From positions 211,207 through 275,206 of the forward strand of contig CACEKE010000001.1 in assembly GCA_902560075.1 (NCBI GenBank): 64,000 bases of DNA, written 5' to 3'. Numbering within the stretch: position 1 is the first letter of the stretch; each line of letters starts with the position of its first letter. The notes under the pieces are model-generated. The model did not search any database and was not told the DNA's origin. It saw only the letters and a program-made list of their open reading frames with translations. This stretch comes from an uncultured Pelagibacteraceae bacterium (lineage in GTDB: Bacteria > Pseudomonadota > Alphaproteobacteria > Pelagibacterales > Pelagibacteraceae). This document shows, piece after piece, positions 1 to 8,521 of this stretch. The translations under genes were made by a program, and so were the position numbers.

Positions 1-61
1 GTGGATCAATGGCAATTAAGGATTACTTAAACATAAAATATACACACTTAGGACTCAAAAC

Positions 62-856
62 TTGATGAAAAAAAATAAAATAAAAAAAATGATGGTAGAG
101 GGTAAACCAATCATTAATGGGTGGCTTCAAATACCTAGTTCATTCTCAGCAGAAGTAATGGCAAATCAAGGATGGGATTCTCTAACTATCGACATGCAAC
201 ACGGTGTAATTGATTATCCTAATGCATTGCAGATGCTCCAATCAATTTCAACAACTGAAACAACACCTTTAGCTAGAGTAAATTGGAATGAACCAGGTCA
301 AATTATGAAAATTTTAGATGCAGGGTGTTATGGTGTAATCTGCCCTATGGTTAGTAATAGAAAAGAAGCAGAGAATTTTGTCCAAGCTTGTTTATATCCA
401 CCTGACGGTTATAGAAGCTATGGTCCAATTAGAGGGCTTATATATGGTGGCGGAGACTACGGCGATCATGCAAATACTGAGATTTTAAAATTAGCAATGA
501 TAGAGACAAAAGAAGCTTTAGATAATTTAGATGAAATAATGAGTACTGATGGATTAGATGGAATTTACATTGGTCCTGCTGACTTAAGTTTGGCTATTGG
601 CCAAAAACCAGCTTTTGATAATCCTGAGGGATCAGCAACTTATGAAAAAATAAAAACAATTTTGGATCACGCAAAAAAAAATAATATTTTTGCAGGAATT
701 CATAATGCAACACCCGAATACGCAAAAAAAATGATAGATCTTGGTTTTAATCTAGTCACTGTTGGATCAGATCAGAGATATATGAGTAGTGGTGCGAAAG
801 AAGCTGTTTCGAAACTAAAACTAACAAAATCCTCTGAAGAGTCGAAGTCATATTAA
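62..856 (+). CDS. HpcH/HpaI-family (class II) 2-keto-3-deoxy-acid aldolase
   Basis: 264-aa ORF. Segments GWLQIPSS..AEVMANQGWDSLTIDMQHG and IETKEALDNLDEI...DGIYIGPADLS match the hallmark regions of HpcH/HpaI/GarL-type aldolases. TTG at 62 is followed directly by ATG at 65, so either may be the start. Confidence 0.8.
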   Translation: MMKKNKIKKMMVEGKPIINGWLQIPSSFSAEVMANQGWDSLTIDMQHGVIDYPNALQMLQSISTTETTPLARVNWNEPGQIMKILDAGCYGVICPMVSNRKEAENFVQACLYPPDGYRSYGPIRGLIYGGGDYGDHANTEILKLAMIETKEALDNLDEIMSTDGLDGIYIGPADLSLAIGQKPAFDNPEGSATYEKIKTILDHAKKNNIFAGIHNATPEYAKKMIDLGFNLVTVGSDQRYMSSGAKEAVSKLKLTKSSEESKSY

Positions 857-861
857 CTTAA

Positions 862-1818
862 GTGAAAAATATATTAATAATTCAACCAATAGATAAATCG
901 GGAATTGAAATTTTAGAAAATCACCCAGATTATAATTTTGAAATAATCGACGGAACTAATTTAGAAGAAATAAAAAAAAAGATTATTGAATGTGACGGTA
1001 TATCAATAAGAACTGCCAAATTACCTGCCGAAGTAATTAGAGGAGCAAAAAATCTTAAGGTTATTTCAAGACATGGTGTTGGATATGATAATATAGATTT
1101 AGAGGCTGCAAAAGAAAAAAATATTACAATTTCTATAACTGCTACTGCTAATGCAGTTGCGGTTGCGGAACACGTAATGTTTATGCTTTTAAATATCTCA
1201 AAACGAAAAGATATGTATGACAAAACAGTCAAATCAGGAAGATTTAATGATAGAAATAAACTTCCAAAAACAATAGAGCTTTGGAACAAAAATATTTTAA
1301 TTATGGGTTTTGGGAGAATAGGTAAAAGCTTGATAAAACGATGTATTGGTTTTGAGATGAATGTTTATGTTTATGACCCATTCGTTTCAAAAGAGGAAAT
1401 TGAGAGTCTTGGTGGTAAAAAAATAGAAGATTTAAAAGAAGGAGTAAAAAAAATGGATGCCTTAACTCTACATATGCCTTTAAATGAAAAAACAAAAAAT
1501 ATAATTAACTACGACGTTTTAAAAAATATGAAAAAAAATTGTATAATTATTAATGCATCAAGAGGCGGAATAATAAATGAGAATGATTTAAATAAATCAT
1601 TAAATGAAAATAAAATATTTGGAGCTGGTCTTGATGTATTTGATACTGAGCCGCCTGATAATGACAACCCTTTGCTGAAAAACGATAAAACTTTTTTAAG
1701 TCCACATACTGCAGCTTTTACTGAAGAATGTATGGTAAGAATGGGAAAAGAAACAATTCAAAATATAATTGATTTTTTTGATAAAAAATTGGAAAAATCA
1801 AAAATAGTGAAGCTTTGA
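862..1818 (+). CDS. D-isomer-specific 2-hydroxyacid dehydrogenase, NAD(P)-binding
   Basis: 318 aa with a GTG start 5 nt after the upstream stop. Carries the GFGRIGKS Rossmann motif, NASRGGIINE, GAGLDVFDTEPP and the SPHTAA catalytic-His region. Confidence 0.85.
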   Translation: MKNILIIQPIDKSGIEILENHPDYNFEIIDGTNLEEIKKKIIECDGISIRTAKLPAEVIRGAKNLKVISRHGVGYDNIDLEAAKEKNITISITATANAVAVAEHVMFMLLNISKRKDMYDKTVKSGRFNDRNKLPKTIELWNKNILIMGFGRIGKSLIKRCIGFEMNVYVYDPFVSKEEIESLGGKKIEDLKEGVKKMDALTLHMPLNEKTKNIINYDVLKNMKKNCIIINASRGGIINENDLNKSLNENKIFGAGLDVFDTEPPDNDNPLLKNDKTFLSPHTAAFTEECMVRMGKETIQNIIDFFDKKLEKSKIVKL

Positions 1819-2315
1819 TGAAAATTAATTTAAAAAATTTTGGTTTACTTGAAGTAATAGTAGTAATGTCTCTGATTTATGTTGTGGGGATGCTTATTTG
1901 GACGGCAAGCACAAGACCGGCTGTTGAAGCAAAAGCTAACTTAGTTAAAGAAAATCATAAAAAAGTTGTTGATTTTATTAACGGAGAAATAAACAAATGT
2001 GACAACGACTCTGATGGAGTTACTATTTGGGGAGACCAATGTAGCGATGAATGGATTGCAGACAAAGTTGTAAATTATATAAATTTAAACTTAAATATTC
2101 AAAATCCATTTTCCGATGATGCTAAAGTAAAAACAGATCCTGACCCAAGAATTAAAGCTGAGGGTAAGGCAGGACAAGCTACAGAAATGGGAGTTATATT
2201 TTTAATGTCGTCTAATTTTCTCTCTGAACCTGGATCTGAGTGGGTTATAGGAACCTGTTTTAAATCGCCATGTGTCGCTGCTGGTAACAATGAATTGACT
2301 TCTATTTATAGATAA
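1815..2315 (+). CDS. Small exported protein with a degenerate type IV pilin/pseudopilin-like N-terminus (function unknown)
   Basis: 166 aa. The ATG overlaps the upstream TGA (ATGA), implying translational coupling. The N-terminus is KN-FGLLEVIVVMSLIYVVGMLIW, i.e. F+1 ... E+5 followed by a hydrophobic helix as in prepilins, but with N instead of the invariant G at -1. The mature part contains two Cys pairs (C-x16-C and C-x4-C). Confidence 0.5.
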   Translation: MMKINLKNFGLLEVIVVMSLIYVVGMLIWTASTRPAVEAKANLVKENHKKVVDFINGEINKCDNDSDGVTIWGDQCSDEWIADKVVNYINLNLNIQNPFSDDAKVKTDPDPRIKAEGKAGQATEMGVIFLMSSNFLSEPGSEWVIGTCFKSPCVAAGNNELTSIYR

Positions 2316-3218
2316 TTATTTTTTAAATATTTCCAAATCTACAGAGTTTAAAGTTTTATGAAGGTATTTATACCCTTTGATAGCATACTCTAACGGATTA
2401 GCTTTTTTTGGATCTTGCTCTGCTTCAACAACTAACCATCCCGAGTAATTTTTTTCTTTAAGTGTTAGAAAAATTGGCCTGTAGTCTATGCAACCATCTC
2501 CTGGAACTGTAAACGCTCCCTCAAGAAATGCATCTCTAAAACTTAAATCGTTTTTTAATGATTTTTCTAAAATATTTTTTCTGATATCTTTACAATGAAT
2601 ATGGTGAATTCTTTCGTAATAACCCTCCAATATTTTTTGAGAATTGCCTTGGGCAAATAGCATATGTCCAGTATCTAAAGTAAGCTTAACACTGTCGTTA
2701 GTGTTATCTAATAACCTCATAGTATCAGCCTCAGTTTCTATTACTGTGCCCATATGATGGTGGTATGCTAAAGGCATTCCTTCATCTTCTAAATATTTAC
2801 CTATTTCTGAGATTTTATAAATAAATGATTTCCATTCATCATTATCCATTTTAGGTCTTGTTGAAAGTTTTCTTTTCTGATCGCCTTGTATAGATCCTGA
2901 TACTTCAGCAAAAACAATACAAGGCGAATTACAGTCTTTGAATAAGTTTAATTGAGATCTTAGATGCTCCCTTTCTTCATTTACAGTATTTTTTCTGAGA
3001 TTAGCTCCATACCAGCCGCCGCATAAATCTATTTTATATTTATCTAATTTAGGAATTAGTTCTTCAGAATTTTTTGGAAACTTACCACCAAACTCTACTC
3101 CAATGAAACCTGCCTGATTTGCCTCTGATAAACATTGATCTAAAGTAGTTTCGCCACCTAGCTCCGGCATGTCATCATTACTCCATGCAATTGGTGCTAC
3201 TCCTAATTTTACTGACAT
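2316..3218 (-). CDS. iolE: Inosose dehydratase-like protein (IolE family, xylose-isomerase-like TIM barrel)
   Basis: 300 aa. The N-terminus KLGVAPIAWSNDDMPELGGETTL is the characteristic IolE signature. His/Asp/Glu metal-ligand segments (HHHMGT, LDTGH, VVEAEQD) are present. Confidence 0.7.
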   Translation of the reverse strand: MSVKLGVAPIAWSNDDMPELGGETTLDQCLSEANQAGFIGVEFGGKFPKNSEELIPKLDKYKIDLCGGWYGANLRKNTVNEEREHLRSQLNLFKDCNSPCIVFAEVSGSIQGDQKRKLSTRPKMDNDEWKSFIYKISEIGKYLEDEGMPLAYHHHMGTVIETEADTMRLLDNTNDSVKLTLDTGHMLFAQGNSQKILEGYYERIHHIHCKDIRKNILEKSLKNDLSFRDAFLEGAFTVPGDGCIDYRPIFLTLKEKNYSGWLVVEAEQDPKKANPLEYAIKGYKYLHKTLNSVDLEIFKK

Positions 3219-3260
3219 AAGAATATTTTTAGTTAAAGTGTCTTTTATTATAAAATTTTA

Positions 3261-4262
3261 ATGATTGATATAGCTTTATTTGGACTTGGTAGAATTGGTA
3301 TTATGCATGGTAAGAATTTGATGCGTAATAGGGAATTTAATCTTAAATACATATATGACATTGATAAGAATTTGTCTAAGAAATATTCAAAAATACTCAA
3401 GTCAATTGCTGTAAATAGTCCTTCTGAGATTTTTAAAGATAAAGATATTAAAGCTATATTTATTGCATCAACAACATCTACACATATAAAATTGATACTA
3501 GAGGGTGTAAAAAATAAAAAAATAATTTTTTGTGAAAAACCTTTAGACCTGAGTATTAAAAAAATCAATGAATGCAAAAAGATTATTAAAAAATTTAACC
3601 CTAAAATACAGCTAGGATTTAATAGAAGATATGATCCAGGTCATTTTAAACTTAAACAAGAGCTTACCAAGGGGAAAATTGGAAAATTAGAAAAAATTAT
3701 AATTACAAGTCGAGATCCTGCCCCACCATCGATTAAGTATTTAAAAGAATCTGGAGGTATTTTTAGAGATATGATGATACATGATTTTGATTTAGTTAGA
3801 TTTTATCTTGAAAAAGATGAGCCTCTAAAATTAATTGCATCAGGAAGTAATATTTCAGATAAAAGATTTATTAAAATTAAAGATTATGAATTGGCATCTT
3901 GTATAATTAATTCAAAGAGTGGTGTCCAAGTTATTATTACTAATTCAAGACATTGCAGTTTTGGATATGATCAACGAGTTGAGTTATTTGGGTCTAAAGG
4001 CATGATTATATCTGAAAATAAAAGAGAAAACGAAACAACCTTATATTCATCAAATTCTACCTCTAGCAAATCTCCATTGTTAAATTTTTTTATCGAAAGA
4101 TATAAAGATGCCTATAAAAACCAATTATATGATTTTTCAAAATTCATAAAAAAAAATATTCGACCACTCGCAGAATTTGAGGAAGGTAGGCGTGCTCTAA
4201 TAATGGCAAACGCTGCAAAAAAATCTATTAGTTCAAAAAAGTTCGAAAAACTTACTTTCTAA
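3261..4262 (+). CDS. iolG: Gfo/Idh/MocA-family oxidoreductase, inositol 2-dehydrogenase-like
   Basis: 333 aa with an N-terminal Rossmann motif IALFGLGRIGIMHG, plus EKPL and GFNRRYDP motifs. It is divergently paired with the IolE-like gene across a 42-bp spacer. Confidence 0.65.
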   Translation: MIDIALFGLGRIGIMHGKNLMRNREFNLKYIYDIDKNLSKKYSKILKSIAVNSPSEIFKDKDIKAIFIASTTSTHIKLILEGVKNKKIIFCEKPLDLSIKKINECKKIIKKFNPKIQLGFNRRYDPGHFKLKQELTKGKIGKLEKIIITSRDPAPPSIKYLKESGGIFRDMMIHDFDLVRFYLEKDEPLKLIASGSNISDKRFIKIKDYELASCIINSKSGVQVIITNSRHCSFGYDQRVELFGSKGMIISENKRENETTLYSSNSTSSKSPLLNFFIERYKDAYKNQLYDFSKFIKKNIRPLAEFEEGRRALIMANAAKKSISSKKFEKLTF

Positions 4263-4363
4263 TTGAATCAACTATTACTAGAACACAACCTATCATCTTT
4301 ACAACTAAACTATATTTTGATTAGATTTTGATTTTAAAAGTTAACTTTAAAATGAGGAGACGA

Positions 4364-5287
4364 ATGAAAACGTTAAAAAACTTTATATTAGCATTTGCAA
4401 CATGGACAATGATGTCGGTGTCTGCATTAGCTACAGATATTATTGTTGTTTCTCACGGACAAGCAAATGATCCTTTCTGGTCAGTTGCAAAAAATGGTGT
4501 TGATGCAGCATGTAAAGACATGGGAGTATCATGTAAATACACTGCACCAGGAACATTTGATATGGTGGAAATGGCAAAATTAATTGATAACGCTGTTTCA
4601 CAAAAACCAAAAGGTATTGTGATAACTTTACCAGATGCTGCTGCTTTAGGAAAATCAGTTAAAGCTGCAATAGCCGCAGGAATACCAGTTATTTCAATGA
4701 ACTCTGGATCAGACGACTATGCTTCTTTAGGAATCAGTGCTCACGTTGGACAAACTGAGTTTGAAGCTGGAGTTGGTGGTGGACAAAAAATGAAAGCTGC
4801 CGGAGGAAAAAAAGCATTATGTGTTAACCATGAGGTAGGAAACGTTGCGCTCGACAGAAGATGTGCAGGTTTCAAAAAAGGTTTTGGTGGAAGTGTTGAT
4901 ATATTAGGTACTTCTAATGACCCAACTGAAATACAAAAAGCAGTTGCTGCTAAACTAGGTGGTGGATATGATACTATACTTACTTTAGGAGCAGGTCTTT
5001 CTGGAGAGGCAGCTCTTAAAGCTTTAGAAGCTGCTGGAAAAGTTGGTGATGTAAGATTAGGAACATTTGACATGTCACCTAATATGTTAAAGGCTGCTGC
5101 TGCAGGAAAAGTAGAGTTTTTAATTGATCAACAACAATACCTACAAGGTTACTTACCAATAGCAATTTTTGGTCAGTATATGAGATGGGGAACAATGCCA
5201 GCTGGTGTAGTAATGACTGGTCCTGGATTTGTAACTCCTGACAATGCTAGCAAAGTAATTAAGTGGGCAGCACAAGGTTACAGATAG
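4364..5287 (+). CDS. Sugar ABC transporter periplasmic substrate-binding protein (RbsB/FrcB-like, PBP type I)
   Basis: Signal peptide MKTLKNFILAFATWTMMSVSALA, then a typical type I periplasmic-binding fold sequence. I place the start at ATG 4364 because AGGAGA lies 5 nt upstream; the track ORF begins at 4328. The protein is Ala/Gly-rich and the gene is visibly more GC-rich than its neighbours. Confidence 0.85.
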   Translation: MKTLKNFILAFATWTMMSVSALATDIIVVSHGQANDPFWSVAKNGVDAACKDMGVSCKYTAPGTFDMVEMAKLIDNAVSQKPKGIVITLPDAAALGKSVKAAIAAGIPVISMNSGSDDYASLGISAHVGQTEFEAGVGGGQKMKAAGGKKALCVNHEVGNVALDRRCAGFKKGFGGSVDILGTSNDPTEIQKAVAAKLGGGYDTILTLGAGLSGEAALKALEAAGKVGDVRLGTFDMSPNMLKAAAAGKVEFLIDQQQYLQGYLPIAIFGQYMRWGTMPAGVVMTGPGFVTPDNASKVIKWAAQGYR

Positions 5288-5295
5288 AATAAATA

Positions 5296-5331
5296 AAAAG
5301 GCCTGGCTAAACTTAGCTGGGCCTTTTTTTT
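5296..5331 (+). terminator. Intrinsic terminator-like hairpin between the SBP and permease genes
   Basis: GGCCUGGCUA (5300-5309) pairs with UAGCUGGGCC (5314-5323): a 10-bp stem with 2 G.U pairs and loop AACU. It is followed by T8 (5324-5331) and preceded by an A-rich run. Confidence 0.7.
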
Positions 5332-5342
5332 AATCAAAAATA

Positions 5343-6470
5343 ATGTCTGATAAATCTAAAAGTATAGCTAACAAAAATAATATTAATCAAGACGAAAGAT
5401 TAAAAAAAGTTTCACCACTAAGAGTTTTATTAAATAGACCTGAGCTTGGAGCTTTAGGTGGTTCTATTTTAGTTTTCATATTTTTTGGAATAGTTGCTGG
5501 AGATACAGGAATGTTTAGTGCTTATGGCACACTAAATTTTTTAGATGTATCAGCAAACTTAGGCATTATAGCGATTGCTGCAGCAATGCTAATGATTGGG
5601 GGTGAGTTTGATCTTTCTATAGGATCAATGATTGGATTTGCAGGAATATGTATTGCTATTCCTGCTATTTATTGGGGTTGGCCTCTTTGGATGAGTATAA
5701 TTTTTGCATTTAGTATGGCTGTATTGGTAGGTTATTTTAATGGAATTTTAGTTGTTAGAACTGGATTACCTTCTTTTATTGTTACTTTGGCAATGTTGTT
5801 TATACTTAGAGGTTTAACTTTAGCTATAACGAGATTAATAACAGGAAGAACACAGGTTCCAGGTTTGAGAGTTTTAATAGAAGATGATCCAATAGCCTGG
5901 ATATTTGCAACAGATACTTTTAAAGGATTATTTAACTGGTTAGGTTCAATGAATTTAATTGCACTGAGAACTGACGGTACACCACTTGCGACTGGAATTC
6001 CACCTTCGGTATTGTGGTTTGTAGGACTTACAATACTTGCTACTTACATTTTAATGAAAACAAGATATGGAAATTGGATTTTTGCAGCTGGCGGAGATAA
6101 AAATGGTGCAACGAATGTTGGAGTTCCAGTTGGAAGAGTTAAGATAAGTCTTTTTATTGGTACTGCAGTAGCATCTACAATATTTGCAACTATCCAAGTT
6201 TTAGACGCAGGATCAGCTGATACAATGAGAGGAACTTTAAAAGAACTAGAAGCAATAGCAGCAGCAGTTGTAGGAGGATGTTTATTAACTGGTGGATATG
6301 GTTCAGCAATAGGCGCTGCTTTTGGAGCACTGATTTTTGGAACTGTATCAATGGGAATTTTTTATACTGATGTTGATACAGACTGGTTTAAAGTTTTTTT
6401 AGGAGCAATGATGTTAATAGCTGTAATATTTAACAATTATATAAGAAGAAAAGTTACAGAAAGTAAATAA
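5343..6470 (+). CDS. Sugar ABC transporter permease (RbsC/FrcC-like)
   Basis: 375 aa and polytopic, with the typical BPD_transp_2-type sequence ([23 protein letters not shown]). Confidence 0.85.
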   Translation: MSDKSKSIANKNNINQDERLKKVSPLRVLLNRPELGALGGSILVFIFFGIVAGDTGMFSAYGTLNFLDVSANLGIIAIAAAMLMIGGEFDLSIGSMIGFAGICIAIPAIYWGWPLWMSIIFAFSMAVLVGYFNGILVVRTGLPSFIVTLAMLFILRGLTLAITRLITGRTQVPGLRVLIEDDPIAWIFATDTFKGLFNWLGSMNLIALRTDGTPLATGIPPSVLWFVGLTILATYILMKTRYGNWIFAAGGDKNGATNVGVPVGRVKISLFIGTAVASTIFATIQVLDAGSADTMRGTLKELEAIAAAVVGGCLLTGGYGSAIGAAFGALIFGTVSMGIFYTDVDTDWFKVFLGAMMLIAVIFNNYIRRKVTESK

Positions 6471-7261
6471 TGTCTGAATATTTAATTGAGTTTAACAATA
6501 TTAGTAAATTTTTCGGAAAAGTAATAGCTCTAAAAGATGTAACAATGAAGGTTAAAAAAGGAGAAATAATGTGCTTACTTGGAGATAATGGAGCAGGAAA
6601 ATCAACTTTGATAAAAACACTTTCAGGAGTTCATAGGCCAGACGAAGGCGAGATAATAGTGGAAGGAAACAAAACTATATTCGACTCACCTAAAGATGCT
6701 TTAGACATGGGAATTGCAACTGTTTATCAAGATTTAGCATTAGTTCCTTTAATGAGTGTTACTAGAAATTTTTTTATGGGCCGTGAACCACAAAAAGGGA
6801 TACCTTTTTTTAAGACTTTTGATATTGAAAAAGCAAATAAAGTTGCTGCAGAAAGAATGGGTCAAATTGGTATAGATGTTAGAGATCCATCTCAAGCTGT
6901 TGGAACTATGTCAGGAGGTGAGAGACAATGCCTTGCAATTTCTCGTGCCATTTATTTCGGAGCTAAAGTACTAATTTTAGACGAACCAACCTCAGCATTA
7001 GGAGTTCACCAGGCTTCAGTGGTTCTAAAATATATTGTCAAAGCAGCTGCTGATGGATTAGCAGTTATTTTAATCACGCATAATGTCCATCATGCTTATC
7101 CTGTTGGAAATAGTTTTACAGTTTTAAATAGGGGAAAAAGTTTAGGAACTTATGAAAAAAAAGACCTATCTAGAGAAAAATTATTAGGAATGATGGCAGG
7201 AGGAGAAGAATTAGATAAATTAGAAATTGAATTAAAAGAGATGAATAGAATAAATAATTAG
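6470..7261 (+). CDS. Sugar ABC transporter ATP-binding protein, single NBD (FrcA-like)
   Basis: 263 aa with Walker [10 protein letters not shown], signature MSGGERQ and Walker [11 protein letters not shown]. The start overlaps the upstream stop (TAATG). Confidence 0.9.
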   Translation: MSEYLIEFNNISKFFGKVIALKDVTMKVKKGEIMCLLGDNGAGKSTLIKTLSGVHRPDEGEIIVEGNKTIFDSPKDALDMGIATVYQDLALVPLMSVTRNFFMGREPQKGIPFFKTFDIEKANKVAAERMGQIGIDVRDPSQAVGTMSGGERQCLAISRAIYFGAKVLILDEPTSALGVHQASVVLKYIVKAAADGLAVILITHNVHHAYPVGNSFTVLNRGKSLGTYEKKDLSREKLLGMMAGGEELDKLEIELKEMNRINN

Positions 7262-8124
7262 TGTCTCAATTTTTTCCTCTTATATTTGTTTTACTTTGGT
7301 CATCAGCCTTTATCACAACACTGCCGATAGTTTTAAATAGCGATCCTTTTTCAGCATTGGCATTTAGGTTTTTTTTTGTTGCAGTTTGTTTTTTTATTTA
7401 TTCAATTGTTAAAAAAATTAAAATTAAAGTAAATTTTAGTAATCTTTTCAATTCATTTTCAACAGGGATATTGTTTCATGGATTTTATTTAGGAGGGGTT
7501 TTTTATGCTATATTCGTTGGGTTGCCTACAAGTATTGTTGCGTTAACAGTTACATTGCAACCAATATTAACAAACATTTTGGCAGGTTATTTCTTAAATG
7601 AAGAAGTAAATATTTATCAGTGGATTGGGGTTGTGCTTGGATTTACAGGTGCTGTTATGGTTATAGGTTTTGATATAGGATCTACTTTACCCGTGAAAGG
7701 CTTGATAGCTGCCGTGATTGCTTTAATAGCAATTACCACTTCAACTATTTGGCAAAAAAAAATAAGTAATGATATTCCTCTACCTGTTAACAATATGTAC
7801 CAGGCAATTGGTGCAGTGATTTTTCATTTGATAATAATTATTTTAATTTTTGAAGATACTTTTATTACAATTAATTTAGAATTTTTATTAGCTATGAGTC
7901 ATCAAGTATTTCTTGTTTCTTTAGGAGCTTTTTCAATTCTAATGTATTTAATTAAAAATAACTCAGCTAGTAAAACAGTTTCACTATTTTTTTTAATTCC
8001 TGCAGTCACGGCAACTATGGCTTGGATATTTTTAGGTGAAAATTTAAGTTTAGTAGATGTAATTGGCTTTATATTAACCTCAATTGGAGTATTTATTTCT
8101 ACAAGAAAACAAAAAAGTCAGTAA
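7261..8124 (+). CDS. EamA/DMT-superfamily transporter
   Basis: 287 aa with about 10 hydrophobic helices in two EamA-like halves. The GTG start overlaps the ATPase stop (TAGTG). Confidence 0.75.
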   Translation: MSQFFPLIFVLLWSSAFITTLPIVLNSDPFSALAFRFFFVAVCFFIYSIVKKIKIKVNFSNLFNSFSTGILFHGFYLGGVFYAIFVGLPTSIVALTVTLQPILTNILAGYFLNEEVNIYQWIGVVLGFTGAVMVIGFDIGSTLPVKGLIAAVIALIAITTSTIWQKKISNDIPLPVNNMYQAIGAVIFHLIIIILIFEDTFITINLEFLLAMSHQVFLVSLGAFSILMYLIKNNSASKTVSLFFLIPAVTATMAWIFLGENLSLVDVIGFILTSIGVFISTRKQKSQ

Positions 8125-8199
8125 ATATTTATATGAGACAATTTAATTACAAAAATTGTAAAAAAAAATGTTAGATTTTATTAAAAAAAAGGAGTTAAA

Positions 8200-8517
8200 A
8201 TGAAAGCATACGTAATGGGTAACTACACAGATAAAGCTTTTCAAGGATTTATGAAAGATCCAACAAGTGATAGAAAAGCGGTAGTAGAGCAATTAGTAAA
8301 GGCTGTAGGTGGAAAAATACATAGTATGGACATTGTAAGAGGTCCATATGATTTTATTGTTGTGACTGAGGTCGAGTCATTTGACGACCTTGCTGCTATT
8401 AAATTAGTTGTCGAAGCTTCAGGTGCAGTAAAAAATATGACTATGTTAGAGGCTATTGATTTTACTAAAGCAACCACTAAAGCTAGCAAAATTGGTTATA
8501 AAGCACCAGGTCAGTAA
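8200..8517 (+). CDS. GYD-domain protein
   Basis: 105 aa. It has the characteristic GYD-family layout, including the G-x-YD motif (RGPYDFIVVTE). GGAG lies 7 nt upstream of the ATG. Confidence 0.7.
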   Translation: MKAYVMGNYTDKAFQGFMKDPTSDRKAVVEQLVKAVGGKIHSMDIVRGPYDFIVVTEVESFDDLAAIKLVVEASGAVKNMTMLEAIDFTKATTKASKIGYKAPGQ

Positions 8518-8521
8518 AAAA

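Noticed and set aside
1-30. A possible 3' end of an upstream + strand gene (frame 1 reads VDQWQLRIT then a stop).
   Set aside because: Only 9 codons are visible, so neither the gene nor its identity can be supported.
930-1289. Numerous 60-146-aa ORFs antisense to or nested within the large genes. Examples: 930-1289, 1301-1495, 3248-3577, 4741-5073, 8241-8489, 14731-14994, 15132-15401, 18135-18473, 19925-20248, 30519-30959, 36787-37131, 45656-45928, 48840-49118, 51622-51963, 53018-53365 and 57715-57999.
   Set aside because: Each lies inside a gene with strong, recognisable family motifs on the other strand or frame. Their translations are low-complexity (F/I/L/S/K-rich, or P/S/A-rich opposite the Ala/Gly-rich SBP). 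None has its own intergenic space or RBS. These are typical shadow ORFs.
4328-4363. An upstream start for the SBP gene (MILKVNFKMRRR...).
   Set aside because: AGGAGA directly precedes ATG 4364, and the signal peptide begins there. The longer form would put 12 extra residues in front of a normal signal peptide.
4364-5287. Horizontal acquisition of the GC-richer SBP gene.
   Set aside because: The flanking permease and ATPase genes belong to the same transporter and are tightly coupled. The GC excess tracks the Ala/Gly-rich composition expected of an abundant periplasmic protein. No mobility genes or repeats flank it.
8138-8159. A 7-bp inverted repeat ACAATTT-N8-AAATTGT after the EamA gene, considered as a terminator.
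   Set aside because: The stem is weak and all-AT, and it is followed by an A-run rather than a T-run on the transcribed strand. It is indistinguishable from chance in this composition.
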